A stretch of 64,000 nucleotides of DNA, taken from NCBI GenBank assembly GCA_977016875.1, contig CDRNST010000018.1:372001-436000 (forward strand), given 5' to 3'. Positions 14,231 through 26,608 of this stretch are shown here, one piece after another; position 1 is the first letter of the stretch; the number at the start of each line of letters is the position of its first letter. The translations under genes were made by a program, and so were the position numbers. The notes below the pieces were generated by a model. It searched no databases. It was not told where the DNA came from and worked only from the letters and a program-made list of their open reading frames with translations. The DNA is from Pavona decussata (taxonomy: Eukaryota).

Positions 14231-15027
14231 AGCATCTTATAGTAAATGGAATTGTAAATAGCTTTTTATATCGACTTCTTGTAATCCCAGTCCCTACGAA
14301 CAATTGTAATATATTATCTTACTAATTGTAAACACATTGTTTTTCATTTTATATGCTATTATGTGTCATTTAAATAAACCATCATCATCATCATCAGTAT
14401 TTGTCTATATATGTATATATATTTACATCTTTGAAGGTGTCCGTCCTGTTGCCTGGCAACAGTGCGCAAACAAAGTATGAATGACGTCAAAAAAAGGAGG
14501 CCAGACGCAATTCGTAGTTGCTATGCAACACAACCGAGGAAAACCGCTGCCTCACAATCCCCCACTCTCATGTTTATTCATTGGGTGCTGAACGTGTAAT
14601 TCATAGAGAAGTGAAAAACTGTTTAGTATTGGTGACACCCAACCAAATTGTGATGCAAATGAACCTCAGGAGCACGCACAAGGGACAAGACACATTCAGC
14701 GAGGGAGATGAAACAACGAAACTCCAGGACAAAGTGAAAGCCGACTTCCTTTTCAGCGCAAGCAGCGAAGAAAATGGAGACATCAGGAAACCACAGAGCA
14801 AAACAACGTCGCTTGGCTCAGCAAAAACAGTGCCATCAGGAGGAAACAGAAGAGCGGAAAAACCAGAGATTGCGATATCACAGGCAGTACAACCCAGGTA
14901 GGCCTGCATTAGAAACTTAAGAAGATAGGCAATTTAGGTAAGATTTAACTCGCGCTCAATTTAATAACGAAAACCCTGTTGAACGTGAGTCTTGATTGCA
15001 TCGAATTTGAAGAAATCAAGCTTATTT

Positions 15028-15182
15028 ATTAATGAGACTGAACAGGAACGAGATTTACAATTACAAACACTTCGGACAAACCAGGCACAACGACCGATTA
15101 ATGAGACTGAACAGGAACAAGATTTGCTGTTACAAACGCTTCGGACATACCAGGAACAACGACTGATTAACGAGACTGAACA
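15028..15182 (+). repeat. 69-bp tandem repeat (about 2.2 copies) encoding INETEQERDLQLQTLRTNQAQRP-like units
   Basis: Direct reading; 23-aa period in ORF 14992-15186. Confidence 0.85.
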
Positions 15183-16462
15183 ATGACCATCCACAAGTCG
15201 CAAGGAGAAACATTATTTACCGTGGTAATTGACCTAGGAAAAGTCAAAAGAGCTGCAGGATGTAGTTTCGTGCTACTCTCCAGAGTATGCTCGCTAGATA
15301 GTGTAGTTCTGCAGCCAGTTTCCTTTCAAAAGACTCCAAGTGATAGGTAACAACAAGCAATTACAACAAAGGCTACTGAACAAAGGTTACTAAAGGAGAT
15401 GTGAGTAGTTTTTTTAAGGCCATAAGGTTGATAAGACAGACAAAGAAGCATTTAGATTCATGCAGATGCGCTGAAATGTGAACCCCTCCCTTTCAATATA
15501 ATTTGCTAAGTGTTGTACACTTTGACTAAACTTACCCTTGCACTACCAACATCTGAAAGCTACTTCTAAGTTATTAATATTCATGTCATTGTTGGGTACT
15601 CCTTCGAGTTTGGTGTCATAGCAAAACACTATCCCCTCAATTTTTTTTTATTTCCTTAATTTCTATGTCCTGTCTGCTTGACAGTGGATTGAAATTATAT
15701 AGAGACTTCAAAAAAAGTGCTGCTCACTTCGAAAGGGACACTGTTGTGCAGGGTAACACTTAACCATGCCACATAGTATCTATTATTTGCCCTTCTGTTA
15801 AATGCTTACAATCTTTTAAGTGATTTCTTCTCAAATCCATAAAGATAAGTTTGTCACCATATTCTTGATTAAGCAATCAGTTGGCTATTCCCTAGAGTGA
15901 CCAATTAACAAAGGTTTGGAAGGATGACTAAGGAGATCAAGGCAATTTAAAGAACTCTCTGGTCAGTGATTTACCATTACAAATTCAAGAGGGGTTGGGG
16001 GGGGGGGGGAGGAAATATTATTTTTTTCCACAACCAGCGAGGCTGCCACATGTTTTGTGCCAACCTTGAAATGTTTTTTTTCTCCTTCCTTTGCAATGCA
16101 TGGTTCTTTTATCTACACTTTCCTTTTGCAAAATTTTTCCCCCTGTTTTTGGAGCCCCCCCTGTACCCTTCACATTTCCAATGGTGCATCCCCACTGTAC
16201 TGCTAATTACACTGTAAGACTCCCAGCTTCTGCGTTAATGACATCACACACAGTGGGTGTGGTCAAACCACTGACACAAGGGTGGGGCTATTCAAAGGGC
16301 ACACTCCTGGGGGCAAACTATCTTCTCAATCAATATCATAAAGAATGAGAATTCATATTTTCGAGCTGCCCTACCCCATTCCTTCACTCCAAATCAACTG
16401 TCCACCCAGCCCTAGCTTCGCGAGGTTCTGCCAGTCACGTATTTCTAGTTAAATAAATGATT

Positions 16463-18582
16463 AGCAAATAATCTAAAAAAAGAGCAAGGCTGATTTCACG
16501 GTTAGATAAGTATATTTTCCGATATTTCGAAAGGCACGGCCTTTCTTCTTCAGGGTACCCTGACTGATCCCAAACCCGGACGATTTTACATACTACCCAA
16601 AATACACAAACAAGGTAACCCCGGACGTCCCATTGTCTCCAGTAACTCTCACCCTACAGAACGCATCTCTCAGTTTGTAGACTATCACCTCAAACCTCTG
16701 GTACAGACTACACAATCCTTCCTTAACAAACTCCAACAACTCGGACAATTACCCAATAACGCCATTCTTGTCACTCTGGACGTTTCTTCTCTCTACACCA
16801 ACATACCTCATAACGAAGGCATCAACGCGTGTCGACACTTCCTCGAAACACGTAACCGCACCCCTTCTACCATAAGTTCCGAAACTTTATGTGACCTCAT
16901 ACGCATGATCCTTACCATGAACAATTTTACGTTCAATGACAAACACTATCTACAGACTCACGGAACTGCTATGGGAACCAGAATGGCTCCTTCTTACGCC
17001 AATTTGTTTCTCGCCAAATTTGAGACGGACGCATTACTACGTGCTCCATTTCAACCATACATATGGTGGCGCTTCATAGACGACATCTTCATGATATGGA
17101 CATACTCTCTCGACGACCTCCAAACCTTCACTACTTATCTCAATAACATTCACCCCACTATTAAATTCACATCCAATTATTCTCTCACATCTATACCCTT
17201 TCTGGACGTCAGTGTCTCTCTATAACGGCACTATCACTACCGACCTTTACACTAAGCCTACTGACAAACATCAATACTTGTTACAATCTTCATGTCATCC
17301 TAGACACACTAAGAGAGCCATTCCATTCAGCTTAGCTCTCAGACTTCGACGTATTTGGTCTTCTGACGAAACTTTTAAACTCCGAACAAATGAACTCAGA
17401 ACCTATCTCAACAAACGGGGATACAATCTTTCATTCCTCAACCAAGAAAGAGAACGGGTTAACGGCATCCCACGTTCCGACGCTATAGCTACTAAAGACA
17501 CCTCCGACACCAACCAACCTATACGAGTACCCCTTGTCGTCACATACAATCCAGCCCTTCGCTCTGTATCATCCATTATTCACAAACACTTCAACATCCT
17601 ATCTTCATCTCCCCGCTGCGCTAACGTTTTCAAAGCCACACCTCTTGTTGCCTTCCGACGGACCAACAACCTGAGTGATTTACTTGTTAGCGCCAAACTA
17701 CGTAATCCCACACAAAACAACCTACCCCATGGATCTTTTCGATGTGGGGACAACTGTTTAACTTGCAACTACATAACAGACGGACGTACCAGCTACACAT
17801 TTCATTCTACCGGCGAAACTAGACATATTACTCATCATATAGACTGTAACTCTAAAAACGTTATCTACATGGTACACTGCAACCGCTGCCACAAACAATA
17901 CATAGGAGAAACAAAACGACGACTTAAAGACCGTTTTAACGAACACCGTAGACCAGTCGACAAACAAACAAACAGTTCCAAACCCACCACAGTTTCAGAA
18001 CATTTTCTTTCTAACGACCATAACGCTTCTGACATGCTACTAATTCCCCTCGAACTCATCAAATCTAATCGTGACAGTGTACGCAAAGCTAGAGAGGCAT
18101 ACCTCATCGACAGAGGTCAAACTATTGAACCCTTAGGTCTTAATAGGAGAGATGAGACATGAACATTTTTTCCCGTCTTTCATCTTCCTAAGTTATGTAA
18201 TTAACTCATTGTTACGTATTTTGTTTTCGTCTACCACGTTGTAACGTTAGCTTATACCTATTTATCAGTTGTATTTTCAAATTTCAAATTGTAACGTTTT
18301 TGTTTATGTAACTTTAGCCTTTTTTCAGGTATCTATTGTAACTGTTTAAATTGTAAAGTATCTTGCCACAGGGTCAGTCTCAAACATACCCTGAAGAAGA
18401 AAGGCCGTGCCTTTCGAAATATCGGAAAATATACTTCCCTAACCGTGAAATCAGCCTTGCTCTTTTTTTAGATTATTTGCTTTACAATTTTTTTGCTGAT
18501 TAGATCCTTCACTACAGGATCCGGTACTTTTATTTTGTCACGGTGGTCCTTGCAAACACAGTTTATCACTGGATTTTACTGA
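16463..18582 (+). mobile_element. Penelope-like element (RT + GIY-YIG), 5'-truncated, with inverted pLTR and 13-bp TSD
   Basis: GTAMGTRMAP, FIDD, FLDV, VIY..YIGET. 16463-16557 is the reverse complement of 18387-18481. TAAATAAATGATT at 16450-16462 and 18583-18595. Confidence 0.93.
18389..18425 (+). ncRNA. Minimal hammerhead ribozyme in the pLTR (antisense copy at ~16519-16555)
   Basis: CC-CTGAAGA-a-GAAAGGC cgt GCCTTTC-GAAA-TATC-GG: conserved core, stem II and a palindromic mini stem III. Confidence 0.75.
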
Positions 18583-18595
18583 TAAATAAATGATT

Positions 18596-18770
18596 GCTTG
18601 ATTTTCCTCGCTGTGTATTTCATTTCCACGTCTAAAAGGCGCTTGAATTTCATTGAAATGAAGTTTGTGTCGTCTTCGTTATTGTTGCTTCGAATAATTT
18701 GATGTCATAGCCGAAATTTAAACATTTACGCACGCTCACGAACTCGGACCGCACATTGCGCCTGTGTCTG
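18596..18770 (+). repeat. Fragment of the U1-5S intergenic spacer
   Basis: Matches 25650-25845, 29265-29460 and 60670-60790. Confidence 0.85.
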
Positions 18771-18771
18771 A

Positions 18772-21700
18772 ATTATGATTTGTTTTTACAACAAGAAACA
18801 CATGTGTCTACTAAGAAGCTCACGGATGAAATTGCCCATTGCTGGCCTGGCCAATGTTTTTGGTCATCTGGGAGAGGCAAATCTGCTGGTGTTGCTTTAT
18901 TTGTCTCTCCCACATTTTCGGGCCATATCTCACGCTTTTTATTCAATTCTGACGGGCACGTTTTAAGGGCATTGGTGCTACTAGGGCCTATGAGTTTCAA
19001 TGTTGTGAATATCTATGCTTTAAACACTGTCTCGGAGCGTAAAACCTTTTTTGAGCGTCTACACAATTATTTTATTCCTAATGGCTCTCGTGTTATTGCT
19101 GGCGACTTTAATTGTATTGACAAAAAATTAGATCGTTATCCTGCTAGTACTTTGCTGCCCGACAAAAAGTGTCTTATTGCCTTTTTTGTTCGATTTTTGT
19201 TTAATTGGTGTTTGGCGCAAATTGAATCCGCGCAGTGTTTCTTTTACTTGGTCTTAATCTGATTACTCACTGGCTTCTCGTATTGATCGTTTTTTGGTGT
19301 CTCGTTCTTTGTTTAAATTTGTTCGTTCAAACAAGCTTTTACCATGTGTTTTTTCCAATCACGATTTTGTATTTCTCGATTTTTCTTTTGATGGTTTTTC
19401 AAATAAACGAGATGGTGTTTGGAGATTGAATACCGCTCTTTTGGCTGATCCTGAGTTTAAGCGTGAAATTTCTGCTGTTGTTGATCGCCAAAAGAGTGTT
19501 ATTCCCGACTTTGAGTCTCTGGGGGCTTGGTGGGATGATCTGAAACTTTTCATTCGTTCCGCTTGTATTAATTACTGCACCCGTAAACATCAGTCTGTAA
19601 GTCGTGAGCGGAATGTTTTAACTAAGCGTTTAATTCTTGCTAAAAGTGCTTTCCATGCTGGTGATAATTCTGTCGTTTCCGAATTGCGAGATGTTGAAAG
19701 CGCTCTTTCGTCTCTTATTTCTCATGAGGGGGAGGGAGAAAAGCCTATGCGCTATTTCTTTCACCTCGAGCAACAGCGTGCGGAGAAAAACTCGTTTGAT
19801 TTTGTTGTTGATACTGATGGTAGTGAAAAAACTTTGCAGGCTGATATTGAGCGGGTTTTTGGCGTGATCTGTATGCCAAGGATAATTCTATTGACATGCA
19901 GATCCAAACTGATTTGATTGATAGTTTAGAATTTTCTTTGAATGATATTGAGCATGCTAGTTGCGAGGGCTTATTTAGTAAGGACGAAGGGCCTTCAGAC
20001 CGGCAAATCGCCTGGCTCTGATGGCCTGCCCACTGAGTTTTATTTGTCTTTTTGGGATGACCTGGGTGACTTTCTCGTTCTGGTTCTGAACGAGAGATGT
20101 TGCGTGGGTGTTCTTACGTATAGCCAACGCGAGAGTCTCTTGCGCTTCCTGTACAAAAAGGACGATAGACGATTGCCGAAAAATTGGCGCCCTATATTAC
20201 TTTGGAATACGGATTACAAACTAGCTTCAAAGGCGATTACTGAATGTCTGAAAACGGTAATGAGTTCCATCGTTGACCGGGATCAGACGGGTGGCGTAGT
20301 GAGTCATAGTATATTTTTGAATCTGCTATTAATCTGTGATATTTTGGACATGATTGACAAAACTGATGAACCCGGTATTCTTGTCACTCTTGATCAGGAA
20401 AAAGCTTTTGATCGCGTCAATCACGAGTTTTTAATGAGGACTTTAGCTAAATTCGGTTTCGATCCTTCCTTTTGTAATTGGGTTGCTCTTTTCTAAAATG
20501 AGGTCTTTTCTTGCATAATTTGTAATGGCAATCTTTCTATGCCTGTTTTTCTCGGGAGGGGTGTTCGGCAGGGTTGTCCCCTGTCCCCCCTCCCTTTACG
20601 CATTGGTTTGGGAAGTTTTGTCAACTCAGATTTGGGGATATAAACAAATTGAAGATTTCCAGCTCCCTCGAGCCAGGGGCCTTCAATTTAAAGTTTCCCA
20701 GTACGCAGATGATGCCACGAATTTTGTAAAAAATTAGCGTTCTCTCTGTCATCTCTTGCGTCTTGTTAATGTCTACGAGAAGGGGTTGGGTGCCAAGCTC
20801 AACACTACCAAGTCCGAGGCTACGTGGCTTGGTAGGTGGCAAACTAATGGTGCTTCCCCTTTTGAGTGTTAAAAATGACAATTTTGGGGGTTTATTTTTC
20901 AAATGGTCATGTTTCTGTCGAGTCTGACAATTGGAAATCTAAGCTTGATAAGTTACAAAATGTGGTTAATCTTAAGCGCTCTCTCTCATCAATGTCTTGG
21001 GCGCTAGCCGCTTTTGGCACACTGCCAAGATCATCATTCACCCACAGTGGGTTGTTGATTCGTATAATAAGATTCTCTGGTCTTTTGTGTGGAAATGGAC
21101 AATGGAAAATGTTAGTCGTCAGCGTTGTTGCGCGCCGCTTCGTGACGGCGGCCTCAACGTTGTTGACTTTCGCGCCAAATGTGCTGCTTTGCGTTTGTCT
21201 AATTTTTCTAGTTTACGTGATGATCTTGGCAGTCAAAACTGGAATTTTCTTGCTTGTTATTTTCTCGGGAATCGTCTCCAAAAACTTGACAGGCGATTTA
21301 GTTTTCTTTCTAATTTTGTTCCTGTTTCTTTTAAACCTCACTTTTATCAGTCGTGTATTTCTGTTTTCCAGGAAAATCTTTGATAAACATGGTGCATTAC
21401 CCGACGTTTTTTCGTGTAAGAATTTTCATTTACTTTTGGTTATTTTTCCCGATGCCGCGCTTAAGTCCACTGGTTTTTGGGGATCCGTTGTCGGTTGCCC
21501 CCATCAAACGGTGGGCCTCGGTGTGGCGTAAATCTCGCTTAAAGATTATTGAGAGTAAAAAGAATGATTTTATTTGGTTGTTAATTCACTGTGCTGTTCA
21601 GGTACGATATGCTCTAAAGTCTTGGGGTTATATCGACTCAGACATATGTGCTTCTTGTTCTCGGGTTGTTTTGTTGATTGCCCTCGGGTTAGAAAGGTGT

Positions 21701-22689
21701 GAGATTTTTTCGCGCCTTTTCTTTGCCGCCTTTTGGGGTCCCCTTTATCCTTGTCCTTTTCCTCTGTGCTTTCTCCATTTTCTCCTTTACGGTCTTCTTC
21801 TTTATCTTTGTTTCATCATGTCATTGCTACCATCTTGTTTCATGTTTGGCATGCTCGTAATTCGGTGACTTTTAGGAATTCTTACCTTCCTCCGCCTGCT
21901 ATCGTGAACACAATTATTAAGGATATTCAACTTCCAATTCGCGGTGAGCCTTTTGATGATGTTAGGTATTTCTGGTCGGTTAATAGTGTTTTTTGTCAAC
22001 TTGGTGCGTCTCCCGGGGCGTCTTTCGCTTGCATTGTAATTAGTTGTTTTGTTGTAGTTTTTGAATTTTCTTGTGCGTGTTAACAATATTGTATTTACTC
22101 TGCTTGTAAATAGTTTTTCGCATCTTTGACTTTTTGTATATAGTATTTTAATTTTGTAATTGTCTTTTTGAGATATACTTTTGTACTTTACTTCTCGTAG
22201 ATTTTGTTATTTAGCTTTCTAATCTACTTCTCGTATAGAGATCATTAGCTTTTGTCATTTAGTTATGCAATCTGCATTTGCTTGGTCATTAGCATCTTTC
22301 TCGCTCTTTTTATGTGTTTTGTACTTCGCTCATTTTCGCGCCTTTTTTGCTGTATGACTGTTTTTGCGTACTTTTCTGTATATCAATTTTTTGCATATTT
22401 TTCGCACTTTTTTTTTTCCGTTTGTTTGTTTTACTGCTTGCTTAAGTTTAGTCTCCCTTGTAGCTGTTGTTTTCAATATTGTCTTTAGTTTTTTGCATAT
22501 TTTTGCGCTTTTCTTCGTTTGTTTGTTTTAATGCTTGCTTAAGCTTAGTTTGCCTTGTCACTGTTGTAATCAATATTGTAATTAGGGCTTAGTTTTCTCT
22601 TTTCTTCACCTGCATTTGATTGTAACTGTTGATCTTTTTATCAGTGGGCCCTTTGGATCACCATGTAAATAAACTTTTATAAAAAAAAA
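18772..22689 (+). mobile_element. Keno-like Tx1 element (lineage A) ORF2 and 3' UTR, disrupted, ending at the U2 target
   Basis: QETH, GDFN, KSPGSDG, LDQEKAFD, YADD and C-terminal Cys motif. AATAAA at 22668, A-tail, then TCTGTTCTT (U2 nt 39-47). Confidence 0.9.
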
Positions 22690-22698
22690 TCTGTTCTT

Positions 22699-23553
22699 CC
22701 ATTTAGCGGAAGTTCAGATGCATGTATACACTTGATCGATAAACCGGGACTCCGTTCAGATTTGCCGTTCGGATGGCCTGTTCCATCGGGCTGCATTTTA
22801 ACCAGCTTGGGCAGGTCACTTGAAGCATTTAGGCCAAACTTTTAGGTTAGGATTTGGGGGCCCTTCGTTTTTATTTTGTCGTCTTTGCCGTACATGTCTA
22901 GAGTCTTTTTTCTATAGGTCCGCCTATGGTTTTTTCTTGTTTTTAATTCACTTGTTACCTTGTTATCGCTTCACTGCTATACACATTGTAAACTCGTGTT
23001 TAAATTCACCTGAGGTACCGTGTTATTTGCTTAATTGCTTAACATTGTAACTTGCAACCTTCCTTGACGATCGGCAGTTAAATCACGTTATTCATTACTT
23101 CAACTTGACAATGAGATGGTAAAATCGGGTTACATATCTATATAAACCTTGACGATGGGATGGTAAAATCGCTTTATCCGGACAGTCATCACTGTGGACC
23201 AAGTTCCAGGTTTTATTTTGGACCAAGATCCAAAAATTATTAACCAAGCACTAGCTGCTTTACCACTGTTACCTGAATTTGTGGACATTGATCCGAAATT
23301 TGCTGTGGACAAAGAACTGACCAATTATTGTCACGCAAGAAACAATGTGGATTTGCATAACCCTTGGGGATTGCAACCATCACCTTTTACACCTTGGAAC
23401 TTTTGATAATGGACCAGACATGGCTTCGAATATTGGACACTACTTTCTACCAATGGAGACCTTTGCGTTAACCGGATACACTTATAAAAATTGTTAACTA
23501 CTTAGAAAAATATAAAATAAAGGCTACACAAAGTGGCCGAAAGAAAAAAAACA
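22699..23553 (+). mobile_element. 5'-truncated lineage B copy (3' UTR only)
   Basis: Ends AATAAAGGCTACACAAAGTGGCCG plus A-tail, as at 44320-44352. Bounded by U2-like TCTGTTCTT (22690) and AGTGTCTCTTCTT (23554-23566). Confidence 0.85.
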
Positions 23554-23566
23554 AGTGTCTCTTCTT

Positions 23567-24915
23567 CTGGTCACGCTTTTGGCAGCTCTGCCGTAAGTGT
23601 GGCAAATTTCCTTGTTCCGTAGCCTTGATCGCCTGTTTTTTGTCGTTTGGTTTTGTTTTTAGTCGCTGCTTCCGCTGGAATACTTCTCTGGCCGGCCCGG
23701 TATGTTAGCTGGATTTTGTGACTGTTTTGTATTTTCGCCACGTAAGTCCAAGATGGCCGTTCCCCACAAAAAAAACGTTCCGTTTGGTTGTTGAGGAGTC
23801 TATGGAGGTGGATGCCATGTCCATTGTAAATGCTCTACCAGATTTCAGCGCCCAAATTGTTGGTGTCGTTCCACAGTTCAGGGGAAAGTGTTTCAACATT
23901 ACCCTCCGATCAGTGGATTCGGAGACACAACTGGCCACCGCCGGTTTCGATTACCTCAACGAAGTCAAACCTTTGCGGCTCTTGGGAGCCCGGACCATCC
24001 ATGTGTCTGTATTTATTTCTGTGGAATTTCCTGACAAGGACCTGGTGTCTTTCCTAAAGCAGTATGGTCAACGGAAGACCGAAAACCTTCGCCGCTTGTA
24101 CTACAGTGACGAGGAATAAGCACATATCGAACGCGGTACTCGCGTCGCAGAATTCGTATCACTCGACCGAGATCTTCCACGTAAGCTGGTGACACAGGGT
24201 CTCGAAAAATTTTTTTAAATATTCGGGACAACCTGTGTTGTGCTACCGTTGTGGGTCCACACACCACGTTGTAAAAGATTGTCCACTAACGCTGCGCGCA
24301 GCCAAGAGAGCCACGTGGGCCGGAATCCGGGGGAGAGACAGAGGCTGCTCAGACCACCCCTTCTACCCCTGATGAAACCGCATTGGACGCAGAAACATCG
24401 CCGACCACTAAACCCAATACACCACCTACATCTTCCTATTCTCCAGATACTCAAGCAACCCAAGCAACACCATAGGCTAGCTTTGCGGAAGCAGCCCACG
24501 CTACCCAGGAGCTCTTTACTGAGCCTCCAACTGAACCCTCGCGAAAGCGTGCCCTCCTGTCCACGGCTACAGGCGACCAGCCCGTGGCGAAAAAATCCAC
24601 GCAACCTTCGCCTGCTCCACGAAGCACCGCTAAACTCACGGATTTTCGGACAGATCTCTCCGGTAGAGTGGTGACCGTTAAAATCAATCTTGAAGGCAAG
24701 ACCCCTTAAATTATTAATGTTTATGCACCGAACAACCACTCGGACCGAAAAGAAGTTTTTTGATTCCTTGTGGCGTTTTTTGTTTAGTAATATTGGGTCT
24801 ATTTTTGCAGGCGATTTTAATTGCGTGCCGGATGTCACGCTAGATGATAGAGAGGCGATGACAGGTTTGGAAACAAAGCTGTATTGCAACTTCATTCGTT
24901 TACAAACGTTTACAA
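23567..24915 (+). mobile_element. Lineage B element 5' part (ORF1 and APE remnant), truncated by a deletion into the U1 upstream region
   Basis: ORF1 homologous to 9168-9700; NVYAPNN and AGDFNCVPD remnants. Confidence 0.85.
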
Positions 24916-24967
24916 CGGATATAGAGGTAAGGCAATTTTTCCGTTGTTGAGGGGCGCAAAGCATTTC

Positions 24968-25131
24968 ATACTTACCTGACGCGGGAGGTACTGTGATAGA
25001 GGAGGCAGTCCTCTCAGGGTGAGGCCCTTTCATTGCACTTTGATTGGGTTGACCCTTACGATTACCCCACATGTGGGTAACTCGAGCGTATAATTTCTGG
25101 TAGTGGGGACCTGCGTTCACGCTAGTCCCCG
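24968..25131 (+). ncRNA. U1: U1 snRNA gene, full length (probable pseudogene; stem-loop I loop mutated, upstream truncated)
   Basis: ATACTTACCTG start, ATTGCAC loop II, Sm site AATTTCTGG, terminal GGGGAC..GTCCCC stem, 164 nt. Confidence 0.93.
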
Positions 25132-25980
25132 ATGGTTGCTAGTTAATGTTCAACTACCAAGTGTGCGATTTTGTTTTGTTATGTTTCAGATGGAGTACGA
25201 ATGGTTGCAAGAGCAGAGCAGCGAGTGATTTATAGGCGTGGACTGACTGGTGTAATTGACGAGAAAGGAAAAAGGTAGGTTTGCTTTTGTTATGCCCTTC
25301 TGTTGCTTTACTGTACCTATAATTCGACGAGACAATGGCAATTACTAACGTTTTTCAACTTACTTGTAGCGTTAAATGAATGAATTAACTGACCTGTGAG
25401 CGAGCGATTGTGGAGCTGTGTTAAATACGGGAAGGAACAAACGAACAAAACGCTGGCTACCAGAATGAAGTTCGTCTGAATCGTGAGTAGATTTCCTTGT
25501 TGCTGGATTTGTTTAGCTGAAGGAGCTTTTCAAGTGCTCGTTTCGTTGCAAAAAATTTCTGTCCCCGCGCGCTGATTTCCGGTCATTATTAATTAACGGT
25601 TAAAAAGATTGCGCTGTTCGTTGTGTTTGATTGTAGTTAAATGAATGATTGCTTAGATTTTCCTCGCCGTGTCTTTCATTTCCACGTCTATAAGGTGCTG
25701 GAATTTCATTGAAATGGAGTCTGTGTCGTCTCTGTTATTGTTGCTTCAAATAATTTGCTGTCACAAAGTGTTAATTTGATGTCATAGGCGAAATTTAACC
25801 ATTCTCGCGTGCTCACGAACTCGGACCGACATTGCGCCTGTGTTCGACCATTGAATGGGTTTGTTGCGAACTAAATGGTTCGTAGGCCTTTTATGTTTTC
25901 TCTGAACTGTTTCGAGAAGGCCGTATCGATCTTTCGCAAAAGGAAAAATCGTTGATTGCTCGCAAAAAAACGTAAAAGGA
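25132..25980. repeat. U1-5S intergenic spacer of the tandem unit
   Basis: Homologous copies at ~28900-29596 and 60307-60792. Confidence 0.85.
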
Positions 25981-26100
25981 AAGCATACAACACGGGGTAT
26001 TCCCAGGCGGTCACCCATCTAAGTACTAACCTTGCCCGACAGGGCTTAACTTCGGTGATCGGACGAGATTTGGTGTTTTCCCTGTGGTATGGTTGTAGAC
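25981..26100 (-). rRNA. 5S: 5S rRNA gene (diverged copy)
   Basis: Minus strand GTCTACAACCATACC..CGATC..GAAGTTAAGC..GTTAGTACTT..GACCGCCTGGGAATACC..GCTT, 120 nt, T-tracts downstream. Confidence 0.95.
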
Positions 26101-26581
26101 AAGAGAAAGGGGCACAAATTTACTGCTTTATTGGGAAGGTGTCACAGCCCACATCTAGCTTTTTCCCTAGAGTAGGTCGTGAAAGTGACAAAGTGATCGC
26201 ATTTCGTTCTACTAAGCAGCTAGCCCATGACAACTCGCGTGAAACGCGGAATCAGCTGCAAATCAGCAACGTAGGTTAGTGGCATACGAGTGCCTCGTTT
26301 CCGCGAAATCACTTTCTGTTCACTTTCTTGGACAAATTGTCAGCAGGTAAGGTATTAAACGTGACTATTTGTCGCTATCAATACTGCCAGTTTGCTCGTA
26401 GTTTAGCAGCGTGTCGTGTCTGTTAACTGTTGGTGGTTAAAGTACAACTTCACTAGTCAGTAGAGAGCTAACGAACGGGGGCCAGCTGTGCAACAGAAGC
26501 TAGAAATGCGACAATTTTCAGGCCACCATATCTCGAGGCTAGGGGACAAGAACCACCCTTCGTTCCACGAACTTGTTCGCT

Positions 26582-26608
26582 ATCCCTTCTTGGCCATTTG
26601 GCCAAGAT
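26582..26608 (+). ncRNA. U2: U2 snRNA 5' fragment, interrupted
   Basis: ATCCCTTCTTGGCCATTTGGCCAAGAT at the end of the 5S-U2 spacer. Confidence 0.85.

Noticed and set aside
23552-23558. CAAGTGT read as U2 nt 28-34 at a lineage B 3' junction
   Set aside because: The overlapping 11/13 match to U2 nt 35-47 agrees better with the other lineage B junctions, though some ambiguity remains.
24215-25120. 301-aa minus-strand ORF
   Set aside because: Antisense shadow across U1 and a retroelement junction; no recognisable motif.
25956-26279. Repeated ORFs at 25956-26279 and 29689-30015
   Set aside because: They overlap the antisense 5S gene and spacer; similarity reflects the repeat unit.
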